NCBI GenBank assembly: GCA_024281215.1
Contig: JAMJTX010000026.1
Location: 1 to 34,342, forward strand
Origin: Candidatus Thiovulum karukerense
GTDB taxonomy: Bacteria > Campylobacterota > Campylobacteria > Campylobacterales > Thiovulaceae
Reading direction: 5' to 3'
DNA length: 34,342 nucleotides
Shown here piece by piece: positions 20,248-31,400 of the stretch. Position numbers and translations under genes: made by a program. The stretch's first letter is position 1. Each line of letters begins with the position of its first letter. The notes beneath the pieces are model-generated. The model was given only the letters and a program-made list of their open reading frames with translations, was not told where the DNA came from and made no database searches.

Positions 20248-22125
20248 TCAAGAGTAGCTACTAGGATTAATCTCAACCATCAACCGCTTTTTCATCTCTT
20301 TAGGGATAAGTCTTAACATCTCCTCAAGAAATGGAATAGCTTCAGATAGCTTTTTAACTCGTAAAATCAGATGAAATCTATATCTCTTTTCAACTTTCTT
20401 CAGAGGTGCTTCACCTGATATAAATATCTTTAACTTTGAAAAGAAGTGAATATATAGCTCTATATGGGTAAGGGTGTCATTAGCTATCTCTCTATCGAGA
20501 TCTTCGATAACTACTCTAATAAAATTGACAAACGGTGGAAAGAGTCCCTGTCGATTCAGAATCTCATATTTTAGAAACTTCTCATAGTCATCAATATATT
20601 TTTTATAGAAGTCCTCATACTTTGTTCCAATAATAATCTCTGAATCTCTCTCTCTTCCACTCCGTCCTGCAAGTTGAACAACAAGAGAGAGGGTCTTCTC
20701 ATAAGATTGGAAGTCTGTTAGGTTAATTGCAAAATCAAGCCCCAGAATAATAGATAGAGTGACATTTGGATAGTCATGCCCTTTGGCTATCATCTGAGTT
20801 CCAACAAGAATATCTATTTTTTTATCTTTAAAATCTTTAAGAATCTTTTTAAGATCACTCAATTTCTTAACCCGATCGCTATCAAAGTTTATTATGTTTG
20901 CATCAGGAAAAGTCTCTTTCAGTTCATTAGCTACCTGAACTGTTCCAGCTTTACCAACTTGAAGAGTATCTGAGCCACAGCTATCACAACTTATTGGAAT
21001 AGTTGTGCTATATCCACATCTATTACACTTTATCTGATTACTCTCTGAGTAGATAGTTAAACGAACAGAACAGTCTGGACAGATGTATTCATAACCACAA
21101 TCACTACAACTCAGATACTTAAAATTGCCTCTTATAGGGATAAAAATAATTGTCTGCTCTTTTTGTTGTAGTCGCTCATCTATCTTCTGGAGAATTATCT
21201 CACTCAACTCCACATCAATCTTCTGGAACTGATAACTCTTTTCTCCTTTAAAAAATCCACCCTTTAATCTAACAGATGGAAATTTATAGTAGCTATTGAG
21301 TGATGGAGTTGCACTTCCAAGTAGGACAGGTATCTTAAGCTGGTTTCCCAGATAAATTGCCATATCTCTAGCATTAAATTGAAAGTACCCACTCTCTTCA
21401 AGTGAGTAGCTATCTGAATGCTCCTCATCAACAATGATAAGAGATAGTTTTGGTAGAGGTAGAAATAGAGCGGATAGAGTCCCAATAATAACTCGAGTTG
21501 AGCCATTATATATTTTTGCCAATATCTCCCGCTTCTCTTTTGCTGACCGTTTTGAGTGCCAAGTATCGACAATATCTCCAAAGGCATCTCCAACTCTCTC
21601 TGAAATTTGTGGAGTCAAGTTAATCTCAGGTAGGAGAAAGAGAGCTGTACCTCCACTCTGCAACACATCATCAATATATTTTTTATATATAAAAGTCTTA
21701 CCGCTTCCAGTGTCTCCAAAAAGGAGTGATACAGAATGAGACTTAAGGGTCTCAAATACATCTTGTTGTTCGGGTGATAGCTTAATCTTGAGCTGTTTAG
21801 CAGGTTTTGGAATAGGAATATCTAGGTGATGAGGTTGAAAAAACTTTAAGAGAGTTGAGAATGGAGCAAAATAGTACCTATTCATAAAGAGGAGAGATTG
21901 AAGATACTCTTTAGGTAGGTAAAATGGGAGAATTTCAACAATAGCTTTCACTTTGTCCAGAGGAAAAGTGATACTCTCTTCTGAAACCTCTCGATAGATT
22001 ATCCCTCTCTCTCTTCTTCGCATCAGAGGAACAGTAACATATCGAAAACCTCTTATTCTGTATGGGTAAGAGTATGTCAATATAGGAGTTGCACTACCCC
22101 CTAAAATCACTTCATAATAGAACAT
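20248..22125 (-). CDS. priA: Primosomal protein N' (replication restart helicase)
   Basis: GDTGSGKT, PEINLTPQ, DEEH, GSATPS, four CxxC pairs, GTQMIAKGHDYP, QLAGRSGR. Confidence 0.96.
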   Translation of the reverse strand: MFYYEVILGGSATPILTYSYPYRIRGFRYVTVPLMRRRERGIIYREVSEESITFPLDKVKAIVEILPFYLPKEYLQSLLFMNRYYFAPFSTLLKFFQPHHLDIPIPKPAKQLKIKLSPEQQDVFETLKSHSVSLLFGDTGSGKTFIYKKYIDDVLQSGGTALFLLPEINLTPQISERVGDAFGDIVDTWHSKRSAKEKREILAKIYNGSTRVIIGTLSALFLPLPKLSLIIVDEEHSDSYSLEESGYFQFNARDMAIYLGNQLKIPVLLGSATPSLNSYYKFPSVRLKGGFFKGEKSYQFQKIDVELSEIILQKIDERLQQKEQTIIFIPIRGNFKYLSCSDCGYEYICPDCSVRLTIYSESNQIKCNRCGYSTTIPISCDSCGSDTLQVGKAGTVQVANELKETFPDANIINFDSDRVKKLSDLKKILKDFKDKKIDILVGTQMIAKGHDYPNVTLSIILGLDFAINLTDFQSYEKTLSLVVQLAGRSGRERDSEIIIGTKYEDFYKKYIDDYEKFLKYEILNRQGLFPPFVNFIRVVIEDLDREIANDTLTHIELYIHFFSKLKIFISGEAPLKKVEKRYRFHLILRVKKLSEAIPFLEEMLRLIPKEMKKRLMVEINPSSYS

Positions 22126-22250
22126 TTAACACATCTCCTTTCCTAACCCTACATTTTAACTTAAATATATGGACTTGGTAAATTAGAACAAATCTTTATC
22201 TATGAAATTGTGTATTGGTTTTTTAAGAAGTTTACTATAAGAAGATTTAG

Positions 22251-22303
22251 GGGGTCGGGACTTTAGTCCCGCACTTATATAGCACAGCTAAAGCTATGAC
22301 CCC
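22251..22303. repeat. REP-like inverted doublet; may also act as the flagellin terminator
   Basis: Left unit GGGGT-CGGGACT-TT-AGTCCCG-C (22251-22272); right unit reverse-complemented GGGGT-CATAGCT-TT-AGCTGTG-C (22282-22303). Confidence 0.65.
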
Positions 22304-22313
22304 ATTAGAGAAG

Positions 22314-23888
22314 TTACTGTAAAAGTTTTAAGATATTTTGCTGAACAGCATTAGCTTGAGTTAAAGCATAACTTCCAGATTGAACAAGAATATTCATTTT
22401 TGAGAAGTTAGCCGACTCTTCTGCAAAATCAACATCTCTAATTGTAGATTCAGAAGCTTTAACATTTGTTCTTGTTACAGAGATATTGTTAATTGCTGCC
22501 TCTAGCTCGTTTTGAGCAGAACCGAGTCCAGATCGAATAAGGTCAAGGTGTTTAATAGCAGCATCTGCGATATCCATCACAGCAAATGCACCCTCAAGAG
22601 TTGTTACACCAGCAGTTAGTGGATAGTCAGATTCATCAATATTCTCAACACCAGGGTAGTTTAATGAGTTCTCATTTGCAAAAACACCCATTGCATCAGC
22701 CTGAAGTGAGTTAAATCCGTTAAGAATTCCTCTTAAGTTAAAGTTAGCTTGACTCATAGCACCATCATTAACAGCATTAGCTAAAGCTCCACCATCTTGC
22801 TCAGATACTCTAATATCAACAGCACCGATAGATACCATTGTTAATCTACCACCATTAAAGCTGTTTCCATCAATTCCAAAGAAATCTTGAAAAGTTTTTG
22901 TAATAGGATCACCATTCTCATCTGTTCCAACTGTAACAGGATCACTACTAATCTCAACTGCTCTACCATCAGTTGAAGTTAATTTGAGTCGTCCTCTCTC
23001 ATCAATTGAAGCAAAAACACCAGTCTCATCTCTAGCTTCATTGATTGTTGCAACTAAACGACCATCAGCATCATTTGCTTTAATGTCAGCAAGTTCCCCA
23101 AGCTCAACACCGTTGATAACAAGGTTTTTCACCTCTGCATCAGCTTGAACTGCTTTATCTCCAAGAACCTCAACTTTATATGATGCTCGAACACCAAGAA
23201 TTGAGCTATTTTTATTGATAACTTCTGTTAAAACTCCAAGTCCAGTTCCAGCTCGGCTATCAATCTGAACAGACTCCATTGTAATAGCACCATTTGGAAT
23301 ATGAGTACCTGTAAATGTAAGAGTACTTGTTCCACTTGCTGTAATTGAATTAACAGCTGTTGTCTCCGCTCTAACATGTCCAATTTTATCAGTTGAAGTA
23401 GCTTCGATTGAAGCTTGAACAGTGTTTCGGCTATAAGCACCAATTTGGAATTCTCTATTTACGAAGTTTCCAGATAGAAGCTGTTTTCCGTTGTAGCTTG
23501 TACTTCCAGCGATATTATCAATCTGATTCATAAGAAGAGTAATATCTTTTTGGATAGCTTTTCTTGAAGCACTTGACTGTCCATCTTGTGCAGCTTGAGT
23601 AGCTTTTGTCTTGATTGTATCAAGGATAGCAACTTGCTCAGCCATAGCTTTATCAGCAATCTGAATAATTCCAACAGCCTCATTTGCATTGTGAAGAGCT
23701 TGAGTAAGTGAGTTTGCTTGAGATCGGAGGGAGTCAGCAATCGCCATACCTGAAGAATCATCAGCAGCTTTATTAATTTTAAGACCTGAGCTTAATCTTT
23801 CGAGAGAGCTACTAAGACCCTTGTTATTTAAGTTTGCTTGAGTAGATGCAATCATGGCAGCAGTATTCGTATTAACAATAAAACCCAT
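22314..23888 (-). CDS. flaA: Flagellin (epsilon type, probably sigma28-dependent FlaA-like)
   Basis: LERLSSGLKINKAADDSSG N-terminus, IRDVDFAEES...LKLLQ C-terminus. The flaA versus flaB assignment rests only on the promoter. Confidence 0.92.
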   Translation of the reverse strand: MGFIVNTNTAAMIASTQANLNNKGLSSSLERLSSGLKINKAADDSSGMAIADSLRSQANSLTQALHNANEAVGIIQIADKAMAEQVAILDTIKTKATQAAQDGQSSASRKAIQKDITLLMNQIDNIAGSTSYNGKQLLSGNFVNREFQIGAYSRNTVQASIEATSTDKIGHVRAETTAVNSITASGTSTLTFTGTHIPNGAITMESVQIDSRAGTGLGVLTEVINKNSSILGVRASYKVEVLGDKAVQADAEVKNLVINGVELGELADIKANDADGRLVATINEARDETGVFASIDERGRLKLTSTDGRAVEISSDPVTVGTDENGDPITKTFQDFFGIDGNSFNGGRLTMVSIGAVDIRVSEQDGGALANAVNDGAMSQANFNLRGILNGFNSLQADAMGVFANENSLNYPGVENIDESDYPLTAGVTTLEGAFAVMDIADAAIKHLDLIRSGLGSAQNELEAAINNISVTRTNVKASESTIRDVDFAEESANFSKMNILVQSGSYALTQANAVQQNILKLLQ

Positions 23889-23927
23889 AATATTTCCTCT
23901 AATTTTCTTAATTTAATTCTAAATTTA

Positions 23928-23954
23928 GTATCGTCTAAAGATATAAATTCTTAA
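23928..23954 (-). promoter_or_regulatory. sigma28 (FliA) promoter of flagellin
   Basis: Minus strand TTAA-N15-GACGATAC versus consensus TAAA-N15-GCCGATAA, 40 nt upstream of the ATG. Confidence 0.7.
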
Positions 23955-24066
23955 AACAGACTCTATATTAGAGCTGTTAGTTAAGTCCGATTCTAACAAA
24001 ACATTGTTATTGCCGTGCCTGATAGAATAATCCATTTTCTAATGAACTTTAATTTTGTCAGTTCAC

Positions 24067-25110
24067 CTAATATTGTTCCAGAAATTTATAAGCTGTGTTT
24101 CGTTGAGCAGGAATTTCTCCAATATCTCTAATTAGCTCAATCATCTCATCTTTACCCATTCGGAATGATGCTCCAGCAGAAGAGACAACATTCTCCTCCA
24201 TCATTGTTGAGCCAAGATCATTTGCCCCAAAAAGAAGTGCCATCTGTCCAATGTAACTACCCTGTGTCACCCAAGAACTCTGAATATTTGGAAAATTATC
24301 TAAAAATAGACGACTAACGGCAAGAAGTCTTAAATATCTATTTGATGAACTCTTTTGAATATCAATCTCTCTGGCAAGTTGAGTATTTTCAGACTGAAAA
24401 GACCATAAGATAAATGCTCTAAATCCACCCGTCTCATCTTGAAGTTTTCGGATTCGATCAAGGTGTTCAACAATCTCCTCATCTGTCTCAACTGTTCCAA
24501 ACATCATTGTTGCTGTTGATTTGATTCCAAGTTTGTGAGCCTCTCGATGAATCTCAATCCAGCGATCAGCATCAATCTTTTTAGGTGAGATAATATCTCT
24601 TACTCTATCACTCAGTATCTCTGCTCCAGCTCCAGGAATTGAAGCCAACCCTTTATCTTTAAGTCTTTGAAGAACTTCTACAATAGAGATTTTTGAGATT
24701 TTGGCAATATAATCGATCTCAATTGCAGAAAACCCATGAATAGTTATTGTCGGGTATCGTGTAGCAATCCACTCAACTAAATCTTCATACCACTCAATTT
24801 TTAGCTTTGGATGAACTCCGCCTTGAAATAGAATCTGTGTTCCACCAATCTCAATAAGTTCATCAATCTTTTGACCAATCTCTTCAAACGATAGAACATA
24901 ACTATCTCTATCTTTTTCATGACGATAAAATGCACAAAACTTACAATTGACCCAACAGACATTGGTATAGTTAATGTTTCTATCAACTACAAATGAGGTT
25001 ATATTATCAGGGTGAAGTCTCTTTTTGACTGCTGTCGCCTTTTCGCCAAGCTCTTTCAGATGCCCATTTTTTATGAGGTCAATAGCCTCACCTATACTTA
25101 ATCTACTCAT
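24067..25110 (-). CDS. mqnC: Dehypoxanthine futalosine cyclase (radical SAM)
   Basis: VDRNINYTNVCWVNCKFCAF, QGGVHP, PGAGAEIL, IQSSWVTQG, GANDLGSTMMEENVV. Confidence 0.95.
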   Translation of the reverse strand: MSRLSIGEAIDLIKNGHLKELGEKATAVKKRLHPDNITSFVVDRNINYTNVCWVNCKFCAFYRHEKDRDSYVLSFEEIGQKIDELIEIGGTQILFQGGVHPKLKIEWYEDLVEWIATRYPTITIHGFSAIEIDYIAKISKISIVEVLQRLKDKGLASIPGAGAEILSDRVRDIISPKKIDADRWIEIHREAHKLGIKSTATMMFGTVETDEEIVEHLDRIRKLQDETGGFRAFILWSFQSENTQLAREIDIQKSSSNRYLRLLAVSRLFLDNFPNIQSSWVTQGSYIGQMALLFGANDLGSTMMEENVVSSAGASFRMGKDEMIELIRDIGEIPAQRNTAYKFLEQY

Positions 25111-25748
25111 GATAAATCTGGCTCAATCTGAAAATATTTTAGTGCATCAACTTCATCATCAGAGAATCCATACTTCTTATACTCATCTTTTTCACTCTCA
25201 ATCTGTTCAAGAATCTTTCTCTTTGCAAAGCTGAGTAGAATCTCTCGTCCATCTTCAACTCTATCTGGATCGATAAAAGCAAATCCACTAAACATATATG
25301 GCTCACCATCTTGCTCAATACAGACAAGAGTACCCTCTCCTTTTGCCTCAAGCTCATCAACTAAATCTCGATATGTGATTTTAAACTCAACTGCATGCCA
25401 ACCAATATCTTCCATCACCTTATCTCGAAAACTATCGATACCATCTGCTGACTTATCTTCATAGAGTGCATTGAGACTATTTAGCTCCTCTACTCGATTC
25501 CAGTTTTTAGCAACCGATATTGAGACAGATACAAAAGTAGATGATATGTCATACCCCTTACCTAAAGGTTGCTGTTTTTGAAGCAGATTAGCTTTACCCT
25601 TAAAGATATAGACTCGATCATTTTGAAACTCATAATCGATAACACCATCAACAGTAATTCCAAACTCCCTATTTGAGTTAAGAGCTTTTGCAAACTCACT
25701 ATTTGGAACAACTACTTTATCTGTTAAAAGATTGATTTTTTTGAACAT
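25107..25748 (-). CDS. Hypothetical acidic cytoplasmic protein (213 aa), coupled to mqnC
   Basis: Long ORF filling the gap, ATGA overlap with the mqnC start, extended -10-like TGCTAAACT upstream; no family recognised. Confidence 0.8.
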   Translation of the reverse strand: MFKKINLLTDKVVVPNSEFAKALNSNREFGITVDGVIDYEFQNDRVYIFKGKANLLQKQQPLGKGYDISSTFVSVSISVAKNWNRVEELNSLNALYEDKSADGIDSFRDKVMEDIGWHAVEFKITYRDLVDELEAKGEGTLVCIEQDGEPYMFSGFAFIDPDRVEDGREILLSFAKRKILEQIESEKDEYKKYGFSDDEVDALKYFQIEPDLS

Positions 25749-25877
25749 TTTAAACCCTATTTAAAAGCTGAAATTGTGTAAGTTTAGCAAATTGTTGTAA
25801 TTATGGTGATTGACAGTCATTCAAAGTTAAAGTCTGCTTAATATTCCTCTTAAAAAATCTTCAATGATGATATTTAG

Positions 25878-26471
25878 TCAATTTCTTAAACTCTCTATCT
25901 CTGAAATAATCTTTTTAGAGATGGCTTCAACATCTTCAGAAGCATCTATCTCAAGAGTTCGTAAATTGAGTCTCTTCATCCAATACTTCAGGCTATCTTG
26001 GACTTGCAAGGAGTATTCAACTCCTCGAAGTTCAATATTGTCAAAACCTCTATCCTTTCTTCTCTCAATCAGCTCATCTTGAGATATTTTCAGAAAGATG
26101 ACTAAGTCTGGTTTTCGGTTCTCAACTGCAAGAAGGTTAATGCTTTCGATGGTATCATCATCAACTCCACCATTTTCACGAGCATATGCCATTCCAGATA
26201 TCATTGACCTGTCACTCACAACAACCTTACCACTCTGAAGATTTGGTTTAACAACTCTCTGAAAATGTTCTGAACGATCTGCAATAAACAGAAAAAACTC
26301 TGATAGGCGACTTAGATAGTAATCATCGTGAAGCAGAATCTCTCGGATTTTTTTCCCAAACTCTGTACCCCCAGGCTCTCTTGTAAATAGAAACTCTGGA
26401 AATCTATTTTTAACTTCAGCTATCTGTGTCCCCTTGCCAACAAGGTCGATGCCCTCAAAAACTATATACAT
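25878..26471 (-). CDS. tmk: Thymidylate kinase
   Basis: FEGIDLVGKGTQ P-loop, TREPGGT, LFIADRSEH, VVSDRS..SGMAY. Confidence 0.96.
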   Translation of the reverse strand: MYIVFEGIDLVGKGTQIAEVKNRFPEFLFTREPGGTEFGKKIREILLHDDYYLSRLSEFFLFIADRSEHFQRVVKPNLQSGKVVVSDRSMISGMAYARENGGVDDDTIESINLLAVENRKPDLVIFLKISQDELIERRKDRGFDNIELRGVEYSLQVQDSLKYWMKRLNLRTLEIDASEDVEAISKKIISEIESLRN

Positions 26472-26479
26472 TCTTTAGC

Positions 26480-28330
26480 CTAAATGTAATTGACAAGAGA
26501 TAGACCCTGCACTCTTGCGATACTCTGAAGCATAGCTTGATAGTTGAGACTAAGAGCTTGAAAATATGCTGATGTCTCTGCAAAATCTGTATTGATAACA
26601 TCGTTTTTAGTTATCTGCATATTAAGAGTTAGAGCCTCTGCCCTATCAATTGTATATTCAATATTCTGGAGTTGAGCTCCACTTCTTGATCTCTCTTTAA
26701 TGACATGGTCAATAATATGTGTTAAATTATCGAGAGAACCTTGAACACCTCTATTTCCTTCAAAACCATCTCGCTCACCATCTGGATGGAAGAGATCCTC
26801 TTGAACGGCATCGATTGCCATATCTATCGCTTCAAAAATATCGACTGACGGTCGGTCAAGGTCAATCGCCTTATTTGAGTTAAAAGCGAGTGGAGAACCA
26901 ATATCTGTTGAGAAGTCATGAACACTCTCATCAAACATTGAAAACTCCATATCTGTTACCGATGAGGTTAAATCCATTATCTCAAACTCTCCACGGTGGT
27001 TCAGTTTCACATCAACAAGCTCTTCTGATTCGAGAACAGCACTCTCAAAATCACCAACTTCAACACCAGACAGAGCTATTCCCATCACCTCTGTCAGTTG
27101 TTGATATGAGAAGCTCTCCGCTCCACCACCAAGTTCAAATGTTGCTCCGTTAATCGATACAGCTGTTGTCTCCTCTCCAAAAGTTAATGAAGCACTCATC
27201 TCTTCACCGCTAACTGTTTTTCCCTCAATATTGATGGTTCGATTTAGGAGGGAGTCTGTTGCAACTTCGCTCAAGGTTGTTCGAGCTGTTGCAAAACCAC
27301 TATCTGGAGATATAAACTGCTGAATATTATTTGTTAGGAAGTTTCCATCTTTTTTAAACTGAAGACTCTCACCAACAGTTGCTTCAGCATCTCCACTCTT
27401 CACAAACTCTATTGACTCGCTCTCAGATAGTTCTGAAATATCATTAACATCTTTTGTTCCAGCGACCATATGGAAATTTAGCTTTGCATTACCGCTCTTA
27501 TTGTCTTGAATAATAAATTGACCATTATTTGATAGTTCAACGGTCACCTCATCTTTAAAGACTAGACGAATCTCCTCTGCCAAATCCTCGACTTTAATTT
27601 GAGATGGATCTCCAACTTGAAACTTATGCTTAAAGCCACTACCATCTGGTCTAGTTCCACTCATATAAAATGTTGTTGATTCACTCTTACCAGTTAAATC
27701 ATAGATAGAGTCTTCAGCTTGGATATAGGCATGTCTCGATGGAATCTCTTGAAGAGCAGATTGATTCAACTTTCGCATATTTGTAGAGACTCGACTCTTA
27801 ATATCTCGGTCATATCCTAAAAATAGAGATGCTCCATCAATACTATACTCTTGACTCTGAAATCTATCTGTTCGGATAGTTAGCTTCTCTCCATTGCCTT
27901 GGTAGTTCCCTTTAATATCAATAGGTGGTTGTTTATTATCAGTTCCACCAAATATATACTCTCCATTTACTTTTGTATTTGCAAGATGTATCATTGATGA
28001 CTTAATAGCTTTCAACTCTTTCACAAGAGCCTCTCGGCTTGTTGTAGAGTGGTTACTTCCTGCATAAGCCAACATTTTAACTTTAAAGTTTTCCATCGTC
28101 TCTGTCATAGAGTTGAGAGATGTGTCTGTATAGATTGCAAACGATTTTGCACTCTCTGCACTCTCTTGAAGCTGTTTTGATAAATTTATATCTGTATCTA
28201 AATCAATTGTCTTTTTAAAGGTTGAAGAGTCTTCATACCCTTGAGATATCTTATTACCTGTACTAATCTGTTTTGAGACTCTGTTAAGTTCTCCCTGAAG
28301 AACTGAACTATAATTTGATGAAATATTCAC
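26480..28330 (-). CDS. flgL: Flagellar hook-associated protein 3
   Basis: QISTGNKI..YED, FKVKM, SREAL..EL, LANTKVNGEYIFGG, C-terminal TDFAE..LSLNYQAMLQSIARVQGLSLVNYI; SD AAGGAG. Confidence 0.92.
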   Translation of the reverse strand: MNISSNYSSVLQGELNRVSKQISTGNKISQGYEDSSTFKKTIDLDTDINLSKQLQESAESAKSFAIYTDTSLNSMTETMENFKVKMLAYAGSNHSTTSREALVKELKAIKSSMIHLANTKVNGEYIFGGTDNKQPPIDIKGNYQGNGEKLTIRTDRFQSQEYSIDGASLFLGYDRDIKSRVSTNMRKLNQSALQEIPSRHAYIQAEDSIYDLTGKSESTTFYMSGTRPDGSGFKHKFQVGDPSQIKVEDLAEEIRLVFKDEVTVELSNNGQFIIQDNKSGNAKLNFHMVAGTKDVNDISELSESESIEFVKSGDAEATVGESLQFKKDGNFLTNNIQQFISPDSGFATARTTLSEVATDSLLNRTINIEGKTVSGEEMSASLTFGEETTAVSINGATFELGGGAESFSYQQLTEVMGIALSGVEVGDFESAVLESEELVDVKLNHRGEFEIMDLTSSVTDMEFSMFDESVHDFSTDIGSPLAFNSNKAIDLDRPSVDIFEAIDMAIDAVQEDLFHPDGERDGFEGNRGVQGSLDNLTHIIDHVIKERSRSGAQLQNIEYTIDRAEALTLNMQITKNDVINTDFAETSAYFQALSLNYQAMLQSIARVQGLSLVNYI

Positions 28331-28366
28331 ACTCTCTCCTTTTTATAATCTATCTATCTTATTTTT

Positions 28367-28393
28367 AAATCGGCAAAGATAACTATCAAAAAA
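28367..28393 (-). promoter_or_regulatory. Possible sigma28 promoter upstream of flgL
   Basis: -10 GCCGATTT at 28374-28367; the -35 position is only T-rich (TTTT). Confidence 0.5.
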
Positions 28394-28422
28394 GCTATCC
28401 TCACTAACTATATTGTGAGTTC

Positions 28423-31400
28423 TCAACTCTTATTAACCCAAGCTTTAATCATAAGCAGAAGAGCTTTAGAGTCGATCGGTTTAGACATATAGTCATTTGC
28501 ACCAACTTCTATACATCTCTCTTTATCCTCTTTCATAGCCTTTGCGGTAACTGCAATAATTGGAAGCTCTGTCAGTTTCAACTCTCCCCGAATCTTAGTG
28601 ATGGTCTCAAATCCGTCCATCTCTGGCATCATAATATCCATAAGAACCAGATCAACAGATTCACTCTTTAACTTCTCAATAGCTTGAACTCCATTAAGGG
28701 CATGAAGAGTCACAACTTTCTCTTTTTGGAGCATAGCTGACATTGAAAAGATATTTCGTGAATCATCATCAACAATCAACACTCTCTTTCCAGCTAGTTG
28801 ATTATCGAGGGTAAAGCTACTCTCTTTATAGCTTTTATCAATCAGATCTTTATCACTAAAAAGTTCGTCTTTAACTGGACCACTCTCTACTGGAGGCTCT
28901 TGAATAGTAACCTCTGGTTTTTTCTCTTCTTGGACTCTCTTTCGTTGTGTTGTACTCCTCTTCTTGATTACAGAAGAGCTAGGTAGATAGATCTTGAAAG
29001 TACTTCCACTATTTTCCTTGCTGACAACCTCAATTTTACCCCCAATTAACTCAACAAACTTTTTACTGATTGAGAGACCAAGACCAGTTCCACCATACTT
29101 ACGACTAATAGAGCCATCAACCTGTTTAAATGCTTCAAAAATATATGAGAGCTTATCTTTAGGTATTCCAATTCCACTATCTTTTACACTAATCAGAACT
29201 GGGAACTCACTATCTTTCTGTTGAGTCACTCGGAGAGCAACTTGCCCTTTATCTGTAAATTTAAAAGCATTTGAGAGTAGGTTTCTTAAAACTTGTAACA
29301 GTTTAACTCTATCTGTCGAGATACTATTTTTATAATCATCACGAACAATAAACTCAAGATCTTTACTCTTTGCAATTGGTTGGAACAGGTCATTCAATTC
29401 ACCTGTCAATTCTGTTGTATTAAAGTCATCATATATGATATCCATTCGACCTGACTCTATTTTTGATAGATCTAAAATATCATTAATTAGAAGCAGAAGA
29501 TCTTGACCTGACTTATTGATAACTCTAGCCTGTTTTAGAGACTCTTCTGAAAGCTCTTCACTATTATCGCTCAACATCTTTGAGAGGAGAATAATTGAGT
29601 TAAGAGGTGTTCGAAGTTCGTGAGACATATTTGCTAAAAACTCTGATTTGTATTGACTAGACTTCTCTAACTCTTTTGCTCGTTCATCTAACTCAACTTT
29701 TGCAGTCTCAAGCATATCGTTTTTAACCCTCATATCGTGGGCTTGTTGCTCTAACTGCTGTTGTTGTTCCTCCATCTGGACATTTGATTGTTGAAGCTCC
29801 TCACTCTTAACTTGAAGCTCTTCATAAGCCTTTTGAGAATCTTCAAGAAGCTCTCTAATTTTTGATCCCTGTTTGACATTGAAGAAGAAAGCACTAATTA
29901 GCTTTCCAGCTCGATTCATAAAATCTTTTTGGAGTTGAGAGAAAATCTCAAAAGATGCAACTTCAATCACTCCAAGCAGAGTTCCCTCATATATAATAGG
30001 GAATGTATATGTGTTGGTTGGCTCACGATGGACAATCCCACTCCCAACAACAAAGTCACTTTTTGATATATTCTTAAGAAGAATAGGCTGTTTTTCAAGT
30101 GCAACTTGACCAATTACCCCCTCTCCTAATTTAAAGTTATTAGAGAGTGACTCGCGATCGATAAAGGCATATGATGATTTTAGATGTAACTCACCTTTCG
30201 CCTCATTAAATAGAAAGAGAAGAGCTGATGATGCTTCAATATGTTTAGATATTAGAGTTAATGCCTCTGTTGATAGCTTCTGAATATCCTCAATCCCAGA
30301 TAGTGAATTACTCAAGTTGCTAAATCCATCTTTCAGCCAATTATCATCTATATTCTTTTTGCTGTTACTATTAAGAGTTGCTGTCATCTTCTGGAGAGCA
30401 AATCCTAAACTATCCTTATCACTCTTAATTGCTATATTCTGAGAGTAGTCACCCTCGGCAATCTGTTCAGCTTGAAGAACGATCCCCTTAAGAGTCTCTA
30501 TCATTTTGTTAAGAGCTATCCCCAATCTGTCCTGTTCAGAGACATCTTTTAGAGATATATCAAAGTCACCAACGGCAACCCGTTCAGCAACATCTCGAAT
30601 CTCTTCAAAATATATAATTAAATCTTGAAGAGCATTACCTAGGCTATCTTGAGAACCTCTAACATCTAATCGAGTATTGAGTTCGCCATTCGATAGACTA
30701 CTTGCAAGGTTTGCTACCTCATTAAGCCTATCTGTCATTTGGTTAATAGTGTTTGAGAGTTCATTTCGTTCGCCATTAACAGATATACGATTAGAGAAAT
30801 CTCCATCTGCAACCCGCTTCGCCTGTTCAATAACTGTTTTTATATTGATATATAGTCTATTTGAAGCCTCTATCAAATCTCCTATCTCATCTCTATTTCC
30901 GTACTCTATATTTATTGGCACAGGCTCTCCATTCGATATCTTTTGAATCTGAGCTGTGACTGATGAGAGTGGATTTAATACTTGACGAATATATCTTTTT
31001 ATAAAAACTATTAAAACGAAAAGAGCAAATATTACCGCAGAGAGAAAATAGTATTCAAACTCTCGTAACTCCTCAAAAGCTACATCTTTTTCAGCATGGC
31101 TAATTATCACCCAATACTTATCTGGATGATTTTGGTCTGGATATACTCGTTTAAAAGCATGAATATGGTTATGGAGATTGACAAAACCACTCTCTTGTTT
31201 CTGAATAGCTTCAAATAGAGGTGGATCATCAATTTTGACATTTGACTCGTGACCAATTTGCCATCCCCACCTCTTATTCTCATTGTTGTGGTAAAGATAG
31301 TATCCATCTTGATTAACCATATAAATACTTCGATTTTCATGTGTAATATCTATCTTTCTAAAGAATTGGAAAAAATATTCAGCATAAGCATTTATAACTA

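Noticed and set aside
16533-20248. Convergent gene ends without terminators (nnr/pyrF 4-nt overlap; K+ channel/priA abutting) and an isolated trpA
   Set aside because: Ordinary for compact, shuffled Campylobacterota genomes.
23570-23630. Flagellin segment LDTIKTKATQAAQDG (TLR5-evading type)
   Set aside because: A well-known feature of many epsilon flagellins, not evidence of host association.
24004-24020. sigma54-like AGGCACG upstream of flagellin (minus strand)
   Set aside because: The -12 position reads TAAC, not TTGC; the sigma28 match is better.
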